From contig JBLDXI010000007.1 of NCBI GenBank assembly GCA_047495785.1, positions 248,001 to 312,000 of the forward strand: 64,000 nt of DNA, in the 5' to 3' direction. The translations under genes and the position numbers were made by a program. Of the stretch, positions 54,292 to 64,000 are shown one piece after another. The notes beneath the pieces were generated by a model, which saw nothing but the letters and a program-made list of their open reading frames with translations, had not been told where the DNA came from and searched no databases. Each line of letters begins with the position of its first letter. The first letter of the stretch is position 1. The DNA is from Lepidodermella squamata. Taxonomy: Eukaryota > Animalia > Gastrotricha.

Positions 54292-57200
54292 ATGCTGCCT
54301 GCCTTACTGGGCATAGGCATAGCAGGAACTTTCTTGGCTGATCTCGCATCAGGTATTCAATCATTTTCAGGCCGATATGAGTCCAGAAATAATTTGATAT
54401 TTTTTATAGCCCAAGTATGTCCTTTATCGAACACCTTGGTGCCTCCGGAATACCAGTTGGAGCCGGCTAGAAAATTCCCTTTTGCCGAAGCTGGTCTTCA
54501 GATCTTCACTCAACTCCGCGTCCCTTGTGATGGTACGATTTTTCTTTGATTTTATCTTAATTTTAGCTGATAGCTGATTATTTACGGAATTTAAATTTAA
54601 ATTTATTTTACCATATAGGATATCTAACACAATGGCGATTTTTGGCGCGAAACAGCATTGTCGTAGGCCTTCACTTGGGCGTGTTCCGCCCACGCGCCGG
54701 CGTGCGTAACGTTGTAGATTTGGTCGCCGAGTCTTACATCGACTCGCTGGCCACGCCGGACAACAAACGCGGCACCTGGGTTTACTACCCGGTTGAACCG
54801 CCAATCGTCGTGAGGCGCGGCGACTATCTCGGCTTTTTCTACGACAAACTCGACACTGTTGCTGATTTGTTGACGATAGTCAGTAAAAGCGAGTATGACA
54901 TTAAAGACCCAATCCCACCTACTGCTGTCTTTTTGAAAGACGCATCTGATCTTATACTAAATCGTGAGTTTTGAGTAATTTTTATGGCCTGATTATATAA
55001 TTCCCAATATTTCAGAGACAATTGATGCTAGAAATGCTCAACGCGGTAAATTTAAAAATTATTGCTGAATTATAGTTTATTTCAATTTTTTCATGAATTT
55101 AGAATATAGATACCCAGCTTTAACGGCAATAGTCAAATCGCTGACTAGTGATGTTCAGGATTTAATGCCAGTAACCCGGGCTGTTCCTGTCGTTGACCCA
55201 AACTGGGGCTTTGAAGAGACAACAACAGAGGCGCCGACTACAACCACGTTAAGGCCCCGTCCTCGGCCAAGAACGCGACCTCCTACAGACCCACCCACGA
55301 CTACAACAACAACGACTACGACGACGACAACGCCTATTCCACCGCCACCACCGACTACGACTCGCCGGATTATTGTCCCAACGCGGGATAATTCAATAAC
55401 CCCATCCGTTCCTATTGGTCCTTACATGCCGGCAACTTTGCCTGGCAGTCAGCCAAATCTTCGAGTCCCTGGACGTAAGCTAATTACATTTTTCTTTAAT
55501 TAATTACCATAAGTCAAGTTCACCGGTCACTATGAGATTTTGACTAAGGAATTTTTTATCTGGATTGAGGAAAGGGTGTGCCAACTGCACCTACTAAAAA
55601 TAAGGGTCCAGCACTAAATTTAAGGTTCCAGCACTAAATTTGAAAGTCACTCGCACTAATCCTATTCAACACTAAATAAGCAACTCTAACACTAAATATA
55701 CAAAGCCACCACCTAATTCGTGGATCATCATGCCGCACTAGCGAGGCCGCTGGAGAGCAGTTACTACAAGGATATGCCAATCGACCTGGGCCCTATTCCC
55801 TGTCCCCTATCCCCAATCAATCAACCATAAACACTTGCGTTTTCACACTTAGACACTGCAGATTTGGTGGTAATGTCCACCGCTAATCGCAAGCAGGGTC
55901 AGGCATCACTTGTAGGTCAAATGACAACAGTTTGCTAGGCCATAAAAAATGTGCGTATATGCAAATAAGGCAGGATGTTGAAATTTAAGTTACGTTGGGA
56001 GGGCCTGTTTCAGGAGGGACTCATTTTTAGTCATGGGCAAATAGCACTATTTATTGCTACTACAGCCACTCACATCCTGCTAAAACGAGATGGCAAACCA
56101 TTTCAGTCCTATCTCTATCGTATGCATTTCAAAAGGTGAAAGCTGACTGTGATCACTATTGCGCAACACCTAACCTTCAAACAAAGACTGCGATGATAGA
56201 GATTGCCACGTCTCAGTTAGCTATAATAACTCTTGAAGCTGATCAAACTTTCAAAGTTTCGGATAAAAGCCCATACTGCCACCGAAATACAGTCAATACT
56301 GCCACTCAGGGTCCCACCATGATGGTCCCGTGTAAAAAGCCAATGGTTGCGTTCCGTAGCAGAGTTGTAGGCAGTGAGCAACTTTCAATTCCCAATCGAA
56401 AGAGTGTGTCATAAAGTGATGCTAATCTCAACATCATGGCTCATTTGCATAATATGCATTATTTTTAAGTCCGTATTTCTCTGCTTAAAATTATGCAAGC
56501 GAGCCTAAAATCGCGGGTGCATCATATCCTAATCCTAACTCCTTAACATTTCTGGGAACCGTAAACCCATGCCTACCTTCAGCTCTATAAAAGTGGCTTG
56601 AGCTGCCAATAATACGGAATACGGTGAAAACCTAGTCATGCATCGTCTGAGGGCGCGTGGTTGAGAATGCCTTAGAGCCTCGCCTGGGCTTAACAGCAGT
56701 AATAGGCGCTGAATGCTGATATTTAGTGCTGGAACTCATATTTAGGTGCCCAAATGATTTAGTGCGAGCTGTTTGCAAATTAGGTAAACGCACTCTCGAA
56801 TTTAGTGCTGGAACCTCATTTTAGGTGGTGCACTTATTTAGACCCTTGAGGAAATTGAAATTTTTGATAAAGACTCCCTTTAAATTTTCATTTTTGCACA
56901 GATTTTTGTACAGATTTCCCAAATTATTTCCCTCTTTATTGCATTTGGATAATTCTAAGTTATGGGTAACATCTGAATTAGCTCCCATTTTCGTGAAATG
57001 CAAAATCTTTTTTTTTAACTTGAAAATCGAAGCCGAAAAAAGTTTGAATCTGCGTAAAAAAAATCAAATATTGCGTCTTTTCTAAGTCAAAACAAAGGCC
57101 TACAAAGAAATATTTCCTTTGCTCCTGTTACTACACATTTTATTCATTTATTCTTATCCTAACCGATAATTTGGACAAAAAGATCCTAGTTATAGACAAT

Positions 57201-58594
57201 TTCGAATACTTGTTCCTAGCATTTCGGATTCTCCATTTTCTCTCAATTGAAAACTTCAGGAAATTAGGAATAAACAGAAAGAATGGGCTGCATTGAAGTT
57301 TTTTTGAAAAAAGTGTATCCTTTCCTTAAGTAAACTGAAGTTTATTTTTTATTTTATTTTTATTTTAGAGTGTTTAAATCCACCAACGGCTCTTCAAACC
57401 TGCGTACGGCTCAGCTTGCGTGGTTTCTTCGACTACGACCGCGGCATGTGCCGGCCATTTTACGGCTGCGAATCCTTCGCGCCTGATGCCAACAACTTCG
57501 GAACTGTCGACGAGTGCCGCCGCGTTTGCGAGGGTGCCGGTGGTACCATGTTCGTCACGCCCCGAAACTCCAACCAGGTCGGCACGGAACCGTTCGTCGC
57601 CGGCGGCGCGCCTGTCCTGAATAGCGGCAGTCGCGTTAACAGCCTACCCCAAAACGCCCCGGTAGGCCCTTACCCGGAACAGCGGCAACAGCAAGAACAG
57701 CTACCGGGTTCGGCTGAATGCTTCCAGCCACCTAGCGCCTCAACTTTCTGCAGCGAAACAACCACCCGTTATTACCATGACCCATCGAAACGGACCTGCT
57801 ATTCCTTCTACGGTTGCGGGTTGGTCGGCCAGTCTGGCAACAACTTCGCCTCGATGTTCGAGTGCACGATGAGGTGTAATGCTACGGCGGCGCCGATTCC
57901 TCAGGTCTTCACCCAGCAAGCCCCGGAGACTACCCCGCAGCCTCGCCCACCACCCCCGCCACCACCTGCTCCAGTTCCGATTATTCCGTTGATCCCAATC
58001 ACGCCCCCTACAACCCCTAGAATGGTCATAATACAAATCGACAACGCCGCTTCAACACCAGCCCCGTTCCAACCGTTGCCAACCCCGATAGCACCAGTGA
58101 TACCTAGTTATCAGTATCAGCAACCACAGCCAGTTGAGCCGACTTACATTTTACCAGCCCCTGCCCCGCCTAGTTACCAAATCCCTGTCCAGCAAATGCA
58201 GCCAGTTCAGTACTACCAACCGGCGCCGGCCCCGCCTCCGGTCCGCAGCCAACCAGCCGCGGCCCCGTTTTCGGGCGGAATTTTCGACGCGTTGCCGAAT
58301 TTATCGCAACGCCTGCAAGGCACCTTCCCGGGCAGTGCACCGGTCCCGGCTCAGCCTGTTTATTACCAGGCGGCGCCTAACGGCCAGTTCGTGCCCGTAC
58401 AGCCGCGGTCGTCGATGAACCAGCCGAGAAGTTACTACTCGCAGGCAATCAACGCGCCTCAAGGCGAGCCGAGCGAATCTTACGCGGCGCAAGATGACGC
58501 GAAAGATGGTAGTCAACCGTATTACTCGGGCGGTTTACCATCAAATTTCTTCCCATCGATATTCAATAGACGGCGAGAGTCCTTTGGCGGCTAG
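54292..58594 (+). CDS. Secreted PCDG-domain family member H (+ Thr/Pro linker + two variant Kunitz + Pro/Gln/Tyr-rich tail)
   Basis: SP MLPALLGIGIAGTFLADLAS; VCPLSNTLVP..VPCDG|YLTQWRF; Kunitz 1 from 57369 (ECLNPPTALQTC..), Kunitz 2 (CFQPPSASTFC..); ~1.9-kb intron containing a MULE-like element. Confidence 0.88.
55574..56845. mobile_element. Mutator/MULE-like non-autonomous element with perfect 9-bp TSD
   Basis: TTGAGGAAA at 55565-55573 and 56846-56854; GGGT...ACCC termini; subterminal (g)cactaaat repeats on the left inverted as atttagtgc on the right. Confidence 0.85.
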
Positions 58595-59222
58595 TTAAAT
58601 AATTTTTATTATATTGTTCATCAATAATGTTTTTGCTCCAAAAAAATGGATATATATGTTTACAATTGTTATACATGCCCTCGAACGCTGTAAATTATGA
58701 GGCTTTATCGTGTTATAGTCCGGTGAAAGGTTACAAAACCGAAGACAGACGACCAAACCTCATTTTATATATACTCATCTCGCGCACATTTGTCAACCCT
58801 CATGATGCTATATTATTATTATTATATTTTTTGAACAATTTTATTTCTATATTATTCACTTGATTATTGTCAAAAATCTCCGAAAAGCCTTCTTATACAT
58901 CTGCCAACTCTGATTGTGCGTGCTTTGTCAACCCTAAATTTCAAAAAATTTCAAAATTTTTTTGTTACCTTAATTTTTTAATCACTGCTGCAAAGAATAA
59001 AATCAGTATTAATGCGTTGGAAAATGAGCTCGAATTTTATTATCTCAAAATCTAGATGAAACGCGGCAAGCTAAGAGCTGTTCCACAACTCTTTTGTTTG
59101 AGAGGACAGACAATTTCACCTTTTGTTGTGCCTTGAACTAAAATGCTATTATTTTACGGTGGTCATCAGCTTCATTCTACAGCAGTTGTTATGAACGAAA
59201 ATCTTATCTGTTTCAATAAAAG

Positions 59223-60037
59223 ATGCCCGCCATCTTTTTCCTGACAACTGCTGGCTTCATTATTGTAATCACCCTGCTCGGTGGAACTGCTCACGCGCGA
59301 TCTGCCGACTACTTCTGCCCGACTGGTGAGAACGTATTCGTGCCTGAGGTTAAAATTCTAGGCGATGCCTCGACTTACAGCATCGCCGAGGTAGGGCTGA
59401 CGCTGTACACCAACTTGACGTTCAACTGCGACGGTGTAGTCACCCAGTGGCGATTTGTCACCCGAAATGCGTGGATTTACAGCTTGCATCTAGCCGTTTT
59501 CAGGTGGTCATCCGCCAGTCGAAACCAGCTTCTTACAGGCCATACTGAGGTTCAACTTGTCGGGGATACCTTGATTGACTATCACAGAGCGAGTCGGACG
59601 GCGACACCCATTTGGACTTACCACCGGGCTCAGCCACCTATTCAAGTCCAACCTGGAGACTTCATAGGCAATTTTCAAGTTTAAAATGATTTTTTTTCAA
59701 TTTTCCAAATTTTTTAGGCGTTTTCTACGAATATTTGAACATTCCGAAAGCTCATCTATCAAGCGTGTCTAAACCAGTTGCAAGGGATGATAAAGGCTAC
59801 GACATACTGACGACAGCTCCAACTCTAGTTATGCCCCTTGTTGACGGCCAGCAAATTCGCAAAGCTAACGGTGAGATAAAAAGACATAATTATTTCTTTT
59901 TCATCTCTCTTTTTTGATTGTATTGAACAACAGGTTCAATTAAAATAAGCCACGCCATTCAGTATAACCGCTTGCCGGCCATAATTGCGGTCATGCGGCC
60001 CGGAATAACGCGCTCGAAAATGTCCCTCTCGACTTGA
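59223..60037 (+). CDS. Secreted PCDG-domain family member I (domain only; no linker or Kunitz)
   Basis: SP MPAIFFLTTAGFIIVITLLGGTAHA; FCPTGENVFVP..FNCDGVVTQWRF..PPIQVQPGDFIG; requires a GC-AG intron at ~59668; ends YNRLPAIIAVMRPGITRSKMSLST*. Confidence 0.82.
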
Positions 60038-60930
60038 GAATGGGTGGGCGCGAAAACAAGTCGTTATAATTCAAACATAAAATCTCGCAAACAATAACAT
60101 TATATGAATAAGCGACTTTTTATAGCAAATAAAAAGGCATCAGAACAATGTTTACACCTTAATGTCTCTCGCTTTTCATTTTTTTCAGGAGTGTTCGCAA
60201 TTGCCACCTGCTTTCAATCGGCACTTTTTATTTAATTTTAAAACCTTTTGTTTATGCGTTCGCGAGCAAACGCTTTAGCTAGTAATTAAAAATCGCGATT
60301 AATTACAAAGCTCCTTTTTTATTCAAAATATTTACGAAACACATCAAGGTGAGACCGTGCGCTTCAAATGTTTGCGTTTGCTTGCCTCTTCATGACATGC
60401 GATACTATCCTATTTTCATTTTTCATATAACCAACCTTAAAAAATACCCTCAAACCTGCTCGGGGTCCATTAGAATGTCATTGCTGTTTATAGGATAACT
60501 AAAAGTATAAAACCCTCGCGATGTGATAGCACTCTGGTGTGTCGTTGATGTCGTTGAACAACTTTTTATGCCGTTATTATTTGCGGTCTTTTATAGCACC
60601 AACAGGGACTTGTCATATATAGCCCGAGCTTGTTTTATAACACCCGGCGTTTTGCAAACTTGTAACCAGTCACAAGCTAATTTATCGGCTCAGGCACGTA
60701 TTTTGCGTGTGCCAGAAACACGCGCGCATGTGTAACACGGTGTTTTATGACACTTGCGAGGTCTTGAATTACCCCTTAATTGAATGTTGACCAACGACAT
60801 ATCTAACAGCATCGCAAAATTTTTATGATCGGCAATTCTCAATTGCAATAGCCGCCGATTTTTTATTTACTTTTCAATGACTCGGACGATTGATTCGTCG
60901 ATGCAAATAAACAAGCCGACTCTCTGAAAA

Positions 60931-62968
60931 ATGTTCCGATATTTAAGTGTCATCCTCCTTTTAACGACAGTTCATGGTGAATTTTCAATTTTTCGATTTT
61001 TAATAATTTTGACAGCTAATGTAAACAGGTCGAAATTGCCCGAATCACGATTCGTTTGTTCCGAATTTCAAACGTCTCGAGCCTGGTGATAGATTTCCTA
61101 TCGCAGATTCGCGGCTTCACATCTTCCCCCAGCTCTCATTGCCTTGCGATGGTTTGCCCCCGAAATTTGATAGAAAAATCAGGGATTAAATCAATAATTT
61201 TATAGGGTATCTAACCGACTGGAAGTTTTACGCGCAAGGTCCTTCTATTTATGGCCTCCATCTCGCTGTTTTCCGGCTAATAGGCCGGGAGAAGTACGGC
61301 CTTGTAGCTGAGACTTACATCGATAATTTCCAAAGCAACTCGACTAATGGGACTTGGGTGTATTTCGCCACCCAGCCGCCGTTGATTGTCGCTCGAGGCG
61401 ACGTTCTCGGCTTCTTCTACGACGATCTTGACATGGAAGCTTCACAGCTAACTATTATGACTCGAAACACCCTGCGAAGCGGCACAGAGCCAAGAACTTA
61501 TGTTGTCGATATTGACGCAACTGATATTGACGAGACAAGTAAATTTTTAAATTTCAATGAGAAATTATCTGATATTTCCCATTTTCAAGATTCGATTGAC
61601 GTTTCGGGTTTGCTGCGAGATTATCAATATCCGGCGCTGGTAGCTGTTCTCAATGATTCGCCCCTAGTCCATAAATCATTGACAACAGTTGGAAAGTTGG
61701 AAACGCCAGAGCCCATTGATGACCAACTGCCCGCCAAGGTCGATAGATTCGTCAAAGCCTCACTGTCTCATGTTGACCATTCCCTAATGGTTCACCCACC
61801 TAGTGAGTAGCAAGTTATTTTTCGCTATTTTTTAACGAGTAATAATTACCTCGCAAGATCATTGCATATGCAAATGAGCGTCCATAATTACCCACTAATT
61901 CAGCAAACACTTTTTAAATTGCCTAAAATCAGGGGAAAATTGAAAAATTCTCAAAATTTTCACGAAAATCAGGAATAACCTTGACCACCTTTACTTGAAA
62001 TTTCTGAATTTTTTGAGAAAAATCTGATTTTTAATTGTAATTTGAAAGTTTACTTCTTTGTTGCGATTTATAGGATAGCAATTTTTTTCAACACTAATTA
62101 TTGCTTTTCGGAATTTGCAGAGTGCCTCAACCCGCCGATTCAAACAAAGTTCTGCTCCGGACTGAGCTTGCGGTCTTACTTCGACTATTCTCGCTTCGAA
62201 TGCCGAGCATTTTTCGGCTGCCAAAGCGATGACCCAGATGCGAATAACTTCGCCAGCATAGAACTATGCTACCGGTCCTGCGTAAACCAGGCCCGGCTGA
62301 CTTCAGCCAGCCGCGATGCCGTCTGTGAACGCGCGCCTGTCTACAACAACTTCTGCTACCACCCGTCAGCGCGGTTCTACTACGACCGAAGCTCGCAGCG
62401 TTGCTATAGCTACTTAGGCTGCCCTGTGCCTAAAACGAACAACTTCGGATCTGCGATGGAATGCACCTCGAAATGCAACGCCCCTTATTCGCCCGACTCA
62501 ATGCCTATAACTACTAGCTACAACTCTAGCGTCCAACTTGGCGCAACTCGAGGTAAAACCAGCCTGACCCCTGTTGTCAGCCAATCGATCGGCAACCATT
62601 ACCAACCGAATTACATCTCAACTGGAAATTACCAGCCTGTAATCAAAGCTCAAAATACTGAAAACTTGACGCCGAAAAAAACTCGACTCGCTCTCCCTGA
62701 GGAAAAGGTTACTGAATCCGGAAAGACCCGTGCGGAACTGATTGATTCGTTCTTCGGGCCGAGGAATAAAGATTCAGGGCTGATGACATCGCATAGCTCT
62801 GAAATTGAAAAGCCGCTACCGGAGCTATTGACAGACAGCATATTCTCACGTATACCCGGCTTTTCGTCTAAAAGTGACAACTCTAATAATAGGAAGTCGT
62901 CGCCGATGGACAAATTCGAGACAGAGTGGCTATTCGGCCGGCCGATTATCAGAACTTGGAGATTATGA
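60931..62968 (+). CDS. Secreted PCDG-domain family member J (+ two variant Kunitz)
   Basis: SP MFRYLSVILLLTTVHG; NCPNHDSFVP..LPCDG|YLTDWKF; Kunitz CLNPPIQTKFC.. and CERAPVYNNFC... Confidence 0.87.
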
Positions 62969-63759
62969 TCGCTATATCATAAGCAAACTCAATAATGGCT
63001 CAAAAATCATCACTATTTTATATATGCTGATAATGGAAATTCACGATTTTTCCGAAATATTCTGTAATAAATTGTTTGGTGAAACCTAATGGACTGATTT
63101 ATAGGAAAATCTTGGGAGATGTTTCCTTTCCAGCGGTAATGAACCCAACATCATAAAAAAAACTAGCACGAATTCTGCTAAATAAGGCATGAGAAAAGAA
63201 AGCTCAGCACATCGCCAATGGATAACGCTTTCCCCTTCCTTCGTCAAATTTCAAGACTGAAATTTCGCAAGCCAAGCCAAATTTTTCCCGAAACATTTAG
63301 GCCATGATCTTCTAAATATTGTTGGACTTCATCCAGGTTAAAAAGAAATGATATAGTTGTATGTATAACATTGCAGTATTTTTCCGACTTTTTGGGGAAA
63401 TTTTCTTAACCCTTTAATTGCAGGAATGTGTAACGAGGACACATCTTTCTTTCCGAATGAAGCAGAAACTAACTAATTTCGAAGCAACAGGAAGCTTTCA
63501 GGCTGAGTGCTTTAGAAAAGCTGAATCCTTGGGCTAATTTCGGTAATTTTCTCATCATTTTATAAAAAAACTTTCGTAGCATGGTGATTTGAAACGTTAT
63601 TTAACTCGAGTAGAGTATAGGGCCCATTTCGCAGTGCTTAACACTCGGTGCGACGCAAAAAAATTAGTCCAAGAGACAATGATTCAGATTTGTTAAAACA
63701 TTCAGACTGAATGCTTCCTGAAGCTTCCTATCTGACCAAGATCAGTCCTATCCAATATA

Positions 63760-63924
63760 CAGGGTTGCCAAAAAATTCCGCAGAAGGCGACGAATTCGAT
63801 GCGCATCAAATTAATGAGGAGTTTTAAGAAGTTGAAGAATTTCAAGCATTCTTTTGACGATGGAACTCGTCATTAAAATGATGCGCATCGAATTTGCCTT
63901 CTGCGGAATTTTTTGGCCACCCTG
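63760..63924. mobile_element. Short Tc1/mariner-type MITE (CAGGGT termini), copy 3
   Basis: TA|CAGGGTTGCCAAAAAATTCCGCAGAAGGC...GCCTTCTGCGGAATTTTTTGGCCACCCTG|TA; ~55-bp TIRs. Confidence 0.88.
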
Positions 63925-64000
63925 TATAGTAAACAGTTTTATGAATTGTTTTTAATTTTTTTTCTCATAATTCTGTTGAATTAAATGTGATCTAATAGTT

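Noticed and set aside
1-64000. Taxonomic assignment (e.g. nematode from tttcag acceptors) and prokaryote-style TTG/GTG ORF starts
   Set aside because: Acceptors are heterogeneous (tag/cag/aag) and no diagnostic marker gene is present; non-ATG starts in the ORF track are artefacts of intron read-through.

Overview
Gene-dense eukaryotic (invertebrate animal-like) genomic DNA with very short GT-AG introns (mostly ~45-65 nt, a few GC donors), so the raw ORF track fragments most genes. The organism cannot be assigned from the sequence. Manual splicing gives: a secreted Cys-rich/EGF/2x C-type-lectin gene (1.2-7.4 kb); several small membrane-protein genes (8-16 kb); a signal-peptide-bearing ankyrin-repeat gene; ten same-strand paralogues of a secreted family I do not recognise (signal peptide + conserved ~170-aa 'PCDG-WRF' domain + Thr/Pro mucin-like linker + 0-2 variant Kunitz domains); three paralogous small secreted one-disulfide helical proteins; two tandem PSMG2/PAC2-like genes; and two tandem NEK-like genes that each carry two degenerate kinase domains. 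Introns and intergenic DNA hold several non-autonomous DNA transposons (TA-flanked MITEs and a MULE-like element with a perfect 9-bp TSD). An intact type-I hammerhead ribozyme inside a 14-bp direct repeat lies in sense orientation in a lectin-gene intron, and a second, minimal hammerhead-like motif lies in a kinase intron. All exon structures were derived by eye and need RNA-seq confirmation.
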